Positions 13,826 to 28,098 of a stretch of 64,000 bases of DNA are shown piece by piece (positions within the stretch are counted from its first letter, which is position 1; the number at the start of each line of letters is the position of its first letter). The translations under genes were made by a program, and so were the position numbers. A model generated the notes under the pieces. It had not been told where the DNA came from and did not search any database. It saw only the letters and a program-made list of their open reading frames with translations. The stretch is from Octopus vulgaris (lineage: Eukaryota): contig OX597843.1 in NCBI GenBank assembly GCA_951406725.2, positions 868,001-932,000 of the forward strand, written 5' to 3'.

Positions 13826-14893
13826 GATATAATTACATATATACATACGTGTGTGTGTGTGTACAAGATGTCATGCAAGCAACTAGAGAGTAATTAATGA
13901 GAAATTAAAGAGAAAGACGAAGAGGAGAGCAAAAAAGATCTGAGATGAAGCAGCAAAGAGGCAGTGGAGAGTCAAAATTATGAGAGCAGAAGTAGGTGGA
14001 GATGATAATGATGATGATGATGATGATGATGACTGGGTAAGAAGAATGGTAATTAACAGTGGGATGAGGGGGGTCATGTTGGTGATGGTGCTGGTGGTAG
14101 TGGTGGTGCTGGTGCTGGTGGTAGTGGTGGTGGTGGTTGGAAGTAGTATAATAAGTGCAGGTGGCATGGAGTGGTGAGGTTTTAGAACAGTAGGAAGTAG
14201 TGATGGTGGTGGTGGGGTGGGAGATTGCAATGGTTGTGGTGGTGGTGGTGGTGATGGTGGTGGTGGTGGTGATGGTGGTGGTGGTGGTGGTGGTTTTGAT
14301 GGTGGTGGTGAATGGTAATGATGACGGCAATGATAACAACGGTGACCATGAGGATTATCATGACGGTGAGGATGAAGATGACGATGACGATGATGATGAT
14401 GATAAGGACAATGATGATGATGATGATGATAATGATGGTGTTGATGCTGATAATCATGGTGATGGTGATGATGACATTGATGATCGCAATGATGATAATG
14501 ACAATGATGATGATGATGATTACTATCATCATCATCATCATCATCATCATTATCATGATAGTGATGATGAGGAGGAATAGGAGGTGGGTAATCACCATCA
14601 TGAGAATGATGACAGCGATGACGATGATGACGATGATGATGACAACGATGGTGATGATGACGATGATGATGATGTTGATGATGATGATGATGATGATGAT
14701 GGAGGTGGTAGTGGTGGTGGGGGTTTGGTGGTGGTGGTGGTGGTGTCTGTGAAGGTGGTGTACAGATGCAAAGAGGATCTTGTTAGCCGGCAAAGTGTGA
14801 GACAGAGATGTGGTGGGGTGGGAAGTGGCAGGGGGTTGTAAATTATAGCTGATAAAGAGGGAAAGAAACAGAGAATTACTGAGTCTGCCAGAG

Positions 14894-14943
<50 letters not shown>

Positions 14944-15114
14944 CAGATATACATACATATATATATATATGTATATGTATATATGTATATATGTATATAT
15001 TATCATCATCATCATTGCATATCTCCATACATATATATATATATACATATATATACATATATATATATATGTATGTATATGTATGTATATGTGTGTGTGT
15101 GTGTGTGTATACAT

Positions 15115-15152
<38 letters not shown>

Positions 15153-15157
15153 GAAGG

Positions 15158-15197
<40 letters not shown>

Positions 15198-16012
15198 GCA
15201 TACACACACACATACTTCTTGTATACAAGCAAAGCCATTGCTAGAAAGAATCACTGAAATGAGTCAATGATGATGCAATGAGAGACCCTTGTATAACTCT
15301 TGAGCCTGGCAAACGATGTGCACATTGCATCATTGCACAAGGCACACCTGTGCTGGCTGGCAAAAGGAACAGGTGCCACAGTACGGACCCTTTCGACATA
15401 CCTTTTCAATCCTCCAATTGGGGCTGATTTGCATGTTATGAGGCAACCGAAGTGGGCTATTGAGGTTTCATGAGGGGTTCATACTGCGGGGCACTGACAG
15501 GGTTTGGAGTTGCGGGAGCAGCAAAGGGGAGAGATATGAATTCTAACACTGAAGCTGTGGAGAAGGCTTTTAAGTGACTTTAGATAATGAGGGCCGACCA
15601 GTGGTTTGCTATTATTGGGACTTCATCAACTCCAGCAAGGTCAGCTAGGTGAGGGGCTCTGATTTTGGAAAACCTCAAACCCACTGAGACATGACCGAAA
15701 ACATCACTGATGATGCACCCCGGAGCACCCTTGAGGCGTATCTTAACACTAAACCAACACTAAACATATGTACTTATATATATTAATATGCACACACATA
15801 TGTATATAGATAGATAGGTAGGTAGGTAGACAGATAGATAGATAAATATGTATACACAGACACATTCATGAATATATATATGTATACATATATATACACA
15901 CACATACATATTTACATATATACATATCTATATATGTACATATATATACATTTATATATATGTGTGTGTATATACATATACACATACATATATATAGATA
16001 TATATATATTTA

Positions 16013-16043
<31 letters not shown>

Positions 16044-16501
16044 ATATACATATATGTTTATATATACATATATATACACACATATGTATATATATATGTA
16101 TACATACGTACATACATATATGTATATTTGTATACATATATGTATGGATGTTTATGTACATATATATATATTTATAAACACACACATATATGTATATTTA
16201 TGCATATATCTATTTGAATATATATATATGTATATGTGTACATATATGTTCACACACACACACACACACATCCGCAGATGGAGCGAGGTGTTACATTTAC
16301 ACCTCTCTTGATATTTTCACAGCTTTGCTATCGACAACCAATCACGATAACTCTACTTTCACTTTCTGACTCGCGATAGAAAAACAAGTGTAGGCAAACA
16401 ACAACACAACAACCATAACAACTGGAAGAAAGAGCAAATGGAAGAAAGACATTGCGGAGTCAAATTATAAAATGTGTGGAAGTTAACACAGAATTAAATG
16501 C

Positions 16502-16538
<37 letters not shown>

Positions 16539-16759
16539 CTTTCTGCTATAGGCACAAGGCCTGAAATTTGGTAGGAGGGAGCTAGTCAATTACATCAATT
16601 TGGCCAAAGAAGTGTCCCAAAAAAGGAGTAAGACACCTAGGGTCAATCATAGAAACCCCACAGATCTAACAGTACTCCCACAATCAAGAGAAAGTTAAAC
16701 CCCACTTTTTTTGTTTGGCCAAAGAGAAAAAAAACATCTATATGGCTTTAGTTCTTTAA

Positions 16760-16979
16760 CCCTTTAGCATTTAAACCGGCCATATCCGGCCAAAAGTATT
16801 CTGCCTGTTTTATGTTCAAACTGACCAGATCCAGGCCCTCACACCTACCCTACAATGTTATTCTACATTAAGTAATTACACCATCAAGATCTTGAAGATA
16901 TGAGATAATGCATGATTAATTCAAATCAATGGGAATCAATAAGCATTATGTTTGATAGAATAATCTGAACACTAAAGGG
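16760..16979. mobile_element. piggyBac-type MITE
   Basis: TTAA (16756-59) CCCTTTAG ... CTAAAGGG TTAA (16980-83). Confidence 0.9.
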
Positions 16980-17319
16980 TTAAACCTTATCCCATCGTGC
17001 AATTCATTTCCCTATAACCACAAGACAGCAAAATTGAGGCAACTTAGGAAGATTTGGCTAAAAAGGTGTGCCAAAAAAGGGGTAAGCCACCTAGGGACAA
17101 TCATAGGAACCCCACAGATCTAGGATTAACCCCCACAATCAAGAGAAATTGCACCTTTTCTTAGTTGTGTTTTCTGGGCTACAAGTGCATATTGAGAGGA
17201 CCCAATTATACAGATTTTTTCTATCCGCTCACCCACTTTTCAGCAAATTCCCTGAAGGCAGCATCACTGTAACCACCCCTGAAATTGATTTTCAAGTGAT
17301 ATTTGAAGAATTGCAAAGT

Positions 17320-17530
17320 GGCAAGTTGGCAGAACCATTAGCATGCTCGATAAAATTCTTAGTGGCATTTCGTCCATCTTTACTTTCTGAGTTCAAACTC
17401 CAACAAGATCGACTTTGCTTTTTGTCCTTTCAGGGTCAGTATAATAAGTACCAGTTGAGCATCGAATCAATGCAACTGACTTACCCCTCCCTCCAAAATT
17501 GCTGGCCTTGTGCCAAAATTTGAAATCAAT
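17320..17530 (+). mobile_element. SINE family B, short-tail form (diverged); further copies near 3100-3250, 18560-18985, 22860-23000, 25100-25290, 26050-26250, 46760-46900, 47382-48000, 50960-51095
   Basis: Shared tggcagaa..ttagca...tctgagttcaaa...gactttgcctttcatcc...ggggtcgat..aataagtaccag core with A/B-box-like head. Confidence 0.85.
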
Positions 17531-17649
17531 ATTTGAAGAAGTTGGTGAGAGCTGGGCCAAAGAAGAAAATGTTTGTCTTCGATCCTTTCAATACTGTCCC
17601 CTATGAAATTCCTTTCACTATGATCAGTAGCAAGTAAAAAAGAGTCCCC

Positions 17650-18044
17650 AAAGTCCATCCCCTCCTCACCGTGGTGGGGATGCTGGCAACGGGTAGTGTC
17701 AGAGCTATGCCGTCGGGAACTTCGGTTCCTGGTAGGGCCACCCAAGGCGGATTGGTCTGACACCGAATGGTATTAGGGCCACAACCCGGCAGACGGGGCT
17801 CTGGTGAAAATCCTTGGAGTGTCTGTTTTGGAAACCGGCGGCTCCTCAGTCGTTCTGTCTCTGTGTCTGCGGACAATCTGTGGCAAACAGGATGTCTCTA
17901 CATGCGGGATTGTTAGGGACCGCTTGTGAAATTCATATTCCCACGAAACTTCTTCCACTGCCATGGTTCGAGATGCCTTGAGGGTGGTGGTAGAAGCCGA
18001 CTCAATCCGCCCAGGGTGAATGTCGCCACAAAAAAAAAAAAAAA
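17650..18044 (+). mobile_element. Bipartite non-autonomous RTE element (structured 5' UTR + ORF C-terminus/3' end + poly(A))
   Basis: 5' motif agagctatgccg...ggtagggccacccaaggcgg resembles RTE/BovB-type 5' UTRs; 3' part translates ...AMVRDALRVVVEADSIRPG* (RTE-like C-terminus), then gaatgtcgccac and an A-run (18030-18044). Confidence 0.65.
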
Positions 18045-19199
18045 GATTAAAGAACCCCTTCGGTCATGAATGACCATGGGATTGCACCTAGAAAGTCACC
18101 CCGCAAGGCACAAGTCCAGGCAAGGTTGTTTATGGAAGACCAGCAGTTACCCATGCATACCAGCCCCCCCTCTCCACACCACTGATGTTGCCCAAAGGAA
18201 AGTAACCTGGTAGCTTTAGTGCTTTCAATTTTGTCCCATGATGCAATATTTTTACCCCATGATCAGCTGACAGGAGAACTTTAAAAATTTGATGAAGGCT
18301 TGGCCAAAGAAGAAATCCTTTATATGGCTTTAGACCTTTCAGATTTTGACAATGGCAATTAGACGGGAGAATTCTTAGAAATTGGCCAAAGAAGAAAGCA
18401 TCCAAATGGCTTTTGCTCTTTCAGTTTTTATGCTATGATGCAATTCCAATCAACAGCCATCAACAAGGACTTCAAAAATTTATGAGGGTTAGGCAGGAGA
18501 CCCCTAAAGTTTCATTGATATACAGAAAATCCGGCTAACAGTCAGTTTAAATATTGTTTCAAATTTTGTCACAAGGCCAGCAAAATTCAGGGGGAGGTGT
18601 AAGTTGATTAAATCAACCCCAGCGTTCAACTGGTACTTATTTTATTGAGCTTGGAAGGATGAAAGGCAAAGTCGACCTCGGCGGAATTTGAACTCAGAAC
18701 GACAAGCTAGCAGAGCTGGCAGAATTGTTAGCACACTGGACAAAATGCTTAGCAGTATTTCATCCGTCCTTATGTTCCGAGTTCAAATTTCGTCGAGGTC
18801 GACTTTGCCTTACATCCTTTTGGGGGTCGATAGATTAAGTACCAGTGTAATCGGATAGTCCCCTTCCCCTCAAAATGTCAGGCCTTTTGTCTTTAGTAGA
18901 AAGGAATATTTGAACTCAGAACATAGGACAAATGGAATGCTGCCGAGAATTTTGTCCAGTACACTAACCACTCAGCCAGTTTGCTGAAAGTTTGCCAAAG
19001 CAGAGATTATATATCATAGACCGGCAGAGCACCCCACTGCCACCCAGTGCTCAGGCTCACAGAACTGCAATTCTACCTGCGGTTGGGAAGCAAGCTTCTT
19101 ATCACACAGCCACGCCTGTATCTGCGTGTACCTCTTTTTTTAAGGGCACATCTTAGCCCAAGAATCTAGAAGGAACAGTTCCCCTGTGGGTTCACCCTC

Positions 19200-19540
19200 A
19201 CACACACAAGCTTATATGCACACATGCACACACACACACACAAGCATATATGCACATGCACACATACACTCACACTCACACACACAAGCATATATGCACA
19301 CATGCACACACACACACACACTCACACACACAAGCATATATGCACACATGCACACACACACACACAAGCATATATGCACACATGCACACACACACAGCAT
19401 ATATGCACATGCACACATACACACTCACACTCACACACACAAGCATATATGCACACACACACACACACACTCACACTCACACACACAAGCATATATGCAC
19501 ACACACACACACTCACACACACAAGCATATATGCACACAT

Positions 19541-19574
<34 letters not shown>

Positions 19575-19655
19575 GCATATATGCACACATGCACACACAC
19601 TCACACTCACACACACAAGCATATATGCACACACACACACACACACACACAGCAT
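19200..19655. repeat. Minisatellite of AGCATATATG(CACACATG) punctuating (CA)n; analogous arrays at 20140-20460, 32380-32680, 38730-39480
   Basis: Fixed short motif recurring between variable-length CA/TG runs. Confidence 0.9.
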
Positions 19656-20461
19656 AACTTAATCACTGGTGGTGGCAACAGTGGTGTTAACTCCTATCCA
19701 ATTAGTTAACCTGTGGCAAATATCTGAGCTCCTTCATCCTGATGGGTGCAATGGATACCAGAGCTCGAGGTGGCTGTTAAGGCCAAGGGCAATATAGAAG
19801 AACCAGCTGTGGAGGGTGTATTTATCATGGGAAAGGGCCAGCGAAGGATGAGGAAGTAAAAGTCACTCTTTGCATCTTGAACCTCTGATCCCTACATCTT
19901 GATGTCTGTTATTTTCCATCTGGCCTGGTTCGTTCCCTTCAAGATGACATGCCAGCGGTTTGGGCGGTCCTTAGTGATTGTCTCCCAGGAATTTGGGTTA
20001 ATGGAGCAGCAGAAGAGAGTGGCCTTGAGTTGATTTCAAAAATGGAATTTGGGGGCTCCAAGTGGTCTGGTGCCGGAGGCCAACTATGCCAACTTAATCA
20101 TAGAACAATGGAAAAAGGGTTTTTTCGCTTTAGGATCGCACACACACACACACACACACACACTGACATGCATGCACTCACAGACATGCACATACACACA
20201 TATAAAAGCACACAGACGCACACAAACATACACAAGCACCATACACACATACACACAAGCACCATACTCACACATACACACAAACACCATACTCACACAT
20301 ACACACAAGCACCATACACACACATACACACAAGCACCATACTCACACACACACATATACACAAGTACCATACACACACACACACACACATATATACAAG
20401 TACCATACATACACATATACACAGAAGGACCACACATACATACAAACACACATACATATAG

Positions 20462-21040
<579 letters not shown>

Positions 21041-21059
21041 AGAGAGATACAAAGCAACA

Positions 21060-22570
21060 ACAAGATAGAGCCTGCATGTGGTCATTCAATGTGCTAAAAA
21101 TAGCAACCAGATTCCAAGCGTGGTCAGAGTTGGAACGTCTCTGATCATATTGCTGTTTTACAAGGACTGACCTGGGGCTAAACAACAAGGAGGGAAACAT
21201 TAGACGATGTAGTCCTAGATATCCTATGTCTGAAGACAGGCTGGAACATTTTTTCTCAAAGGTCTGCTGAATCAGGACTGACCTGGGGCTAAACAACAGC
21301 TACAGTAAAGAAGTACACATTAGATAGTGTAGTCCTAGATACACTGTGTCTGAATAGAAGAAGGAATGGTCACAGCCGTAGCAATTTTAATCATAGCTCT
21401 GCTAGATCAGGACTGACCTGGGGCTAAAAAAAAGAAAGAAAGGACACATTAAATAATGTAGTCCTAGATACACTATGCCTGAATAAAAGACATGGTGGTC
21501 ACAGCTGGAACATCTTTTGTCACAGGTCTGATGGATTAGGACCGACCTAGGGTTAAACAACAACAACAGCCACAGGAAGGAATGGCACATTAGAAAATAT
21601 AGTCCCAGATACACGGTGTCTCTATAAAACACAGGATGGTCACGGCTGGAACATCTTTGGTCACAGGTCTGATGGATTAGGACCGACCTAGGGTTAAACA
21701 ACAACAACAACAACAGCCACAGGAAATAATGGCACATTAGAAAATGTAGTTCCAGATACACGGTGTCTCAATAAAGCACAGGATGGTCACGGCTGGAACA
21801 TCTTTGGTCACAGGTCTGATGGATTAGGACCGACCTAGGGTTAAACAACAACAGCCACAGGAAGGAATAGCACATTAGAAAATGTAGTCCCAGATACACG
21901 GTGTGTCAATAAAGCACAGGATGGTCACGGCTGGAACGTCTTTGGTCAAAGGTCTAATGGATTAGGACTGACCTAGGGTTAAACAACAACAGCCACAGCC
22001 ACAGGAAGGAATGGCACATTAGAAAATGTAGTCCCAGATACACGGTGTCTCAATAAAACACAGGATGGTCACGGCTGGAACATCTTTGGTCACAGGTCTG
22101 ATGGATTAGGGCCGACCTAGGGTTAAACAACAACAGCCACAGGAAGGAATAGCACATTAGAAAATGTAGTCCCAGATACACGGTGTCTCAATAAAGCACA
22201 GGATGGTCACGGCTGGAACGTCTTTGGTCAAAGGTCTAATGGATTAGGACTGACCTAGAGTTAAACAACAACAGCCACAGCCACAGGAAGGAATGGCACA
22301 TTAGAAAATGTAGTCCCAGATACACGGTGTCTCAATAAAACACAGGATGGTCACGGCTGGAACATCTTTGGTCACAGGTCTGATGGATTAGGACCGACCT
22401 AGGGTTAAACAACAACAGCCACAGGAAGGAATAGCACATTAGAAAATGTAGTTCCAGATACACGGTGTCTCAATAAAACACAGGATGGTCATGGTTGGAA
22501 TATTTTTGATTGTAGGCCTGTCTGGATCAAGACCGACCTGGGGCTCAGCAACAATGACAACAACAACAAA
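21060..22570 (+). repeat. Tandem array (~10 units, ~115-147 bp) of a (CAA)n-tailed retroposon end (family F)
   Basis: Unit starts ggatggtcac at 21634, 21781, 21919, 22063, 22201, 22345, 22483; dispersed monomers at about 25325, 37440, 39650 and 55555. Confidence 0.92.
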
Positions 22571-23040
22571 TACGAGAAGAATACGAGGAACGAACAAGTC
22601 TTAAATAATACACAATGTCTGTGTAGGTGGGGCGAGTAAAATGGCGTGGTAGTCACCGTTGGAGTGTCTTTCGTTATTAGGACGGTGTGTCTGCCTGGTG
22701 TTGTATCAGCGGGGATGGATGGCCAAACAACAGCAGCAGCAATAACAACAACTATAACAAAAACAATGATACAATAACGACAGAAACAAAGCTATCGAGG
22801 GATGGCCTTCATTTGCTAGAAATAGCTGCCAAATTCACTCCCATAACCCGTTATATATTGGTTTCACATATTGGCACAAGTCCAGCAATTTCGGAAGCGG
22901 GGTTAAGTCCAGTACATCGACTCCAGTGATCAACTGGTACTTATTTTATCGATCCTGAGAGGATGAATGGCTAAGTCGATCTAGACGGAATTTGAATGCC
23001 CTGAACATTTCGTCCGTCTTTACATTCTGAGTTCAAAAAC

Positions 23041-25012
23041 CTACCAACTAGCTGCATACCGTCTTCTTAAAACGAAAATATTCGTCCCTTAGGGGTCAAT
23101 AAAATAATCTACCAGCTAGCTGCATACCGTCTTCTTAAAACGAAAATATTCGTCCCTTAGGGGTCGATAAAACAATCTACCAGCTAGCTGCATACCGTCT
23201 TCTTAAAACGAAAATATTCGTCTCTTAGGGGCCGATAAAATAATCTACCAGCTAGCTGCATACCGTCTTCTTAAAACGAAAATATTCGTCCCTTAGGAGT
23301 CGATAAAATAATCTACCAACTCGCTGCATACCGTCTTCTTAAAACGAAAATATTCGTCCCTTAGGGGTCGATAAAATAATCTGCCATCTAGCTACATACC
23401 GTCTTCTTAAAACGAAAATATTCGTCCCTTAGGGGTCAATAAAATAATCTACCAACTCGCTGCATACCGTCTTCTTAAAACGAAAATATTCGTCCCTTAG
23501 GGGTCGATAAAATAATCTGCCATCTAGCTACATACCGTCTTCTTAAAACGAAAATATTCGTCCCTTAGGGGTCAATATAATAATCTACCAGCTAGCTGCA
23601 TACCGTCTTCCTAAAACGAAAATATTCGTCCCTTAGGGGTCAATAAAATAATCTACCAGCTAGCTGCATACCCGTCTTCTTAAAACCAAAATATTTGTCC
23701 CTTAGGGGTCAATAAAATAATCTACCAACTCGCAGCATACCGTCTTCTTAAAACGAAAATATTCGTCCCTTAGGGGTCGATAAAATAATCTACCAGCTCG
23801 CTGCATACCGTCTTCTTAAAACGAAAATATTCGTCCCTTAGGGGTCAATATAATAATCTACCAGCTAGCTGCATACCGTCTTCTTAAAACGAAAATATTC
23901 GTCCCTTAGGGGTCGATAAAACAATCTACCAGCTCGCTGCATACCGTCTTCTTAAAACGAAAATATTCGTCCCTTAGGGGTCGATAAAACAATCTGCCAT
24001 CTAGCTACATACCGTCTTCTTAAAACGAAAATATTCGTCCCTTAGGGGTCAATAAAATAATCTACCAACTCGCAGCATACCGTCTTCTTAAAACGAAAAT
24101 ATTCGTCCCTTAGGGGTCAATAAAATAATCTACCAACTCGCAGCATACCGTCTTCTTAAAACGAAAATATTCGTCCCTTAGGGGTCAATAAAATAATCTA
24201 CCAGCTCGCTGCATACCGTCTTCTTAAAACGAAAATATTCGTCCCTTAGGGGTCGATAAAATAATCTGCCATCTAGCTACATACCGTCTTCTTAAAACGA
24301 AAATATTCGTCCCTTAGGGGTCAATAAAATAATCTACCAACTCGCAGCATACAGTCTTCTTAAAACGAAAATATTCGTCCCTTAGGGGTCGATAAAACAA
24401 TCTACCAGCTAGCTGCATACCGTCTTCTTAAAACGAAAATATTCGTCCCTTAGGAGTCGATAAAATAATCTACCAGCTAGCTGCATACCGTCTTCTTAAA
24501 ACGAAAATATTCGTCCCTTAGGGGTCAATAAAATAATCTACCAACTCGCTGCATACCGTCTTCTTAAAACGAAAATATTCGTCCCTTAGGGGTCGATAAA
24601 ATAATCTACCAGCTAGCTGCATACCGTCTTCTTAAAACGAAAATATTCGTCCCTTAGGGGTCGATAAAATAATCTACCAGCTAGCTGCATACCGTCTTCT
24701 TAAAACGAAAATATTCGTCCCTTAGGGGTCGATAAAATAATCTACCAGCTAGCTGCATACCGTCTTCTTAAAACGAAAATATTCGTCCCTTAGGGGTCAA
24801 TAAAATAATCTACCAGCTAGCTGCATACCGTCTTCTTAAAACGAAAATATTCGTCCCTTAGGGGTCAATAAAATAATCTACCAGCTAGCTGCATACCGTC
24901 TTCTTAAAACGAAAATATTCGTCCCTTAGGGGTCAATAAAATAATCTACCAGCTAGCTGCATACCGTCTTCTTAAAACGAAAATATTCGTCCCTTCGGGG
25001 TCGATAAAATAA
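23041..25012 (+). repeat. 68-bp minisatellite, ~29 copies, inside a SINE B copy
   Basis: Unit ctaccagctagctgcataccgtcttcttaaaacgaaaatattcgtcccttaggggtcgataaaataat; period 68 (23041, 23109...). Confidence 0.97.
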
Positions 25013-25459
25013 GTACAAGTTTAGTATTGGGAGTAATATAATCGATTATCCCTTCCCTCAAAAATGGTTAATCCTGTACCAAAATTTCCAGCCAATTTTG
25101 GTTTCAAATTTTGGCACAAGGCCAGGGGAGAAGATAGGTTGAATACATCGACTCCCCAAGGTTCAACTGGTACTTATTTTATCGACCCTAAAAGGTTGAA
25201 AGGCCAAGTCGACCTCAGCGGAAATTGAACTCAGAACGTATAGAAGGATGAAATGCCCGACGTAGTAACGAGTCTGTCAACTCGCTGCTTCGTTTGAAAG
25301 CAATGTTAAAATGAATATACCTTCTCTTCGATCAAAGCTGACTTGGGTAGCTGGGGTGGATGCTGGGAGATTAAATAACAACAACAACAACAGCAACAAC
25401 CATTATCAAGAGTAACAGCAACAACAACAATAATAACGGCTTCATTTTTTTAGGGACAC

Positions 25460-26045
25460 GCGCAGGAGTGGCTGTGTGGTAAGTAGCTTGTTTACCAACC
25501 ACATGGTTCCGGGTTCAGTCCCACTGCCTGACACCTTAGGCAAGTGTCTCCTACTATAGCCTCGGGCCGGCCAAAGCCTTGTGAGTGGATTTGGTAGACG
25601 GAAACTGAAAGAAGCCTGTCGTATATATATATATATATATATATAGGCGGAGTGGCTGTGTGATAAGTAGCTTGCTTACCAACCATATGGTTCCGGGTTC
25701 AGTCCCACTGCATGGCATCTTGGGCAAGTGTCTTCTACTATAGCTTCGGGCCGACCAAAGCCTTGTGAGTGGATTTGGTAGACGGAAACTGAAAGAAGCC
25801 TGTCGTATGTATGTATATGTATGTGTATGTGTTTGTGTGTCTGTGTTTATCCCCCTAGCATTGCTTGACAACCGATACTGGTGTGTTTATGTCCCCGTTA
25901 CTTAGCGGTTCGGCAAAAGAGACCGATAGAATAAGTACTAGGCTTACAAAAAAGAATAGGTCCCGGGGTCGAGTTGCCCGATTAAAGGCGGTGCTCCAGC
26001 ATGGCCGCAGTCAAATGACTGAAACAAGTAAAAGAGTAAAAGAGA
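25460..26045 (+). mobile_element. SINE family A: partial 5' copy followed by a full copy
   Basis: Heads gcaggagTGGCTGTGTGG at about 25462 and ggcggagtggctgtg at 25646. Confidence 0.92.
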
Positions 26046-26269
26046 CAGGGTCAGCAGTTTTTGAGGCGATGGGAAAGTTGATAACATTGACTCCAGTTCT
26101 TGACTGGTTCTTGTTTTATCGTTCACGAAAGGATGAAATGCTAAGTCGACCTCGGCAGTATCTGAACTCAAAACATAAAGACGGACGACATGCCACGAAG
26201 CAGTTTGTCCGGCGTGCTAACGATTCTTTCTACCAGCTCGCCGCCTTAACAACAATAATAATCCTTTTT

Positions 26270-27255
26270 TCCTAATATGCACAAACATGTCTGAAAATTT
26301 TGAAGGAGGGAGCTAGTCGATAACATCCACCCCTGAGTTTAATGGATATTTTATCGCGCCCGAAAGGATGAAAGACAAAATCCACCTCAGCAGAATTTGA
26401 ACTCAGAACGTAGCGGCAGACGATATACCTATTTCTTTATTACCCACAAGGGGCTAAACACAGAGGGGACAAACAAGGACAGACAAACGGAATAAGTCGA
26501 TTATATCAACCCCAGTGCGTAACTGGTACTTATTTTATCGACCCCGAAAGGATGAAAGGCAAAGTCGACCTCGGCGGAATTTGAACTCAGAACGTAACAG
26601 CAGACGAAATACCTATTTCTTTACTACCAATAAGGGGCTAAACATAGAGGGGACAAACAAGGACATACAAACGGATTGAGTCGATTTAATCGACCCCGAA
26701 AGGATGAAAGGCAAAGCCGACGTCGGCGGAATTTGAACTCAGAACGTAGCGGCAGACGAAATACCTATTTCTTTACTACCCACAAGGGGCTAAACACAGA
26801 GGGGACAAACAAGGACAGACAAACGGATTAAGTCGATTACATCGACCCCAGTGCGTAACTGGTACTTATTTAATCGACCGCGAAAGGATTAAAGGCAAAG
26901 TCGACCTCGGCGGAATTTGAACTCAGAACGGAGCGGCAGACGAAATACCTATTTCTTTACTATCCACAAGGGGCTAAACACAGAGGGGACAGACAAACGG
27001 ATTAAGTTATATATATATATATTTCTTTATTACCCACAAGGGGCTAAATATAGAGGGTACAAACAAGGACAGACAAAGGGATTAAGTCGATTATATCGAC
27101 CGCAGTGCGTAACTGGTACTTAATTTATCGACCCCGAAAGGATGAAAGGCAAAGTCGACCTCGGCGGAATTTGAACTCAGAACGTAGCGGCAGACGAAAT
27201 ACCGATAAGCATTTCGCCCGGCATGCTAACAATTCTGCCAGCTCAACGCCTTCAC
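26270..27255 (-). mobile_element. Concatemeric SINE B array (long-tail form, ~184-bp unit, ~5 units)
   Basis: Repeated gacgaaatacctatttctttactacccacaaggggctaaacacagagggg...; single head at about 27200-27255. Confidence 0.92.
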
Positions 27256-27656
27256 AACAACCATAACAATATTTCGGCGGCAAAGTGAAGTGTCAGGGGT
27301 TGTGTCAGTTACGTTGTTGTGATGTTTATTGTTTTGCAATCTCTCTGCTCTCTGAGTTCAAATCCCGGTGAGATCAGCTTTTGCCTTCATTTACATCCCG
27401 TCAGCCAAGTGAAGTAGTAGATGGCGATGAAGTGGAAACCGTCAGTGTGTGTGTGTTTGTTTGTTTATGTTTGCTAGTGTATTTGTGCTTCTGTGTAAGT
27501 GTTTGTATATGTGTATGCAAGTGTGTGTGCGTGGGGGGGGAAGATATATATATATATATATATACACTTTTAAATAAAGCATATTACTCTACCTCTGGTA
27601 TTTGAGTACTCTTTTTTCCACCTTGTTTCACATTTATGTTGTTTACTCCGGTATAA

Positions 27657-27706
<50 letters not shown>

Positions 27707-27716
27707 ATACAAATAG

Positions 27717-27789
<73 letters not shown>

Positions 27790-28098
27790 GGGTGTCTATG
27801 TATGCGTGTATACATATATATGTATATATATATGTATATATATATATATATATGTATGCGTGTATATATATATATGTATATATATATATATGTATATATA
27901 TATGGGTGTCTATGTATGCGTGTATCGACTACGCTGAAGGGAGACTCCAAAGACTCTAAGAGGGTTCACGGTGTGGAGTCGTCTCCGCCAATCCGATCGT
28001 GGCATCTCCTCTGTAAACGTGTAAAATTGAAACAACAAAGAGAAAGCGAGAAAGGAAAACAATAGTGACAACATCAAGAATAACAACAGCGATATTTC

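Noticed and set aside
15250-15750. Unique GC-balanced segment as exon (also 19660-20130, 61050-61400)
   Set aside because: No recognisable protein motif or clear splice signals; probably decayed TE sequence.
17620-17775. Canonical HDV-like ribozyme
   Set aside because: cctcctc and cgaa motifs are suggestive, but I could not build convincing P1 and P2 helices in HDV order; kept as an unclassified structure.
23041-25012. CRISPR-like regular array
   Set aside because: Units are contiguous and near-identical with no unique spacers and no cas genes; eukaryotic minisatellite. The TTAGGG inside the unit is not telomeric.
25460-25540. tRNA gene at SINE heads (also 7480-7548, 47830-47904)
   Set aside because: A/B boxes present but no complete cloverleaf, and always fused to SINE bodies.
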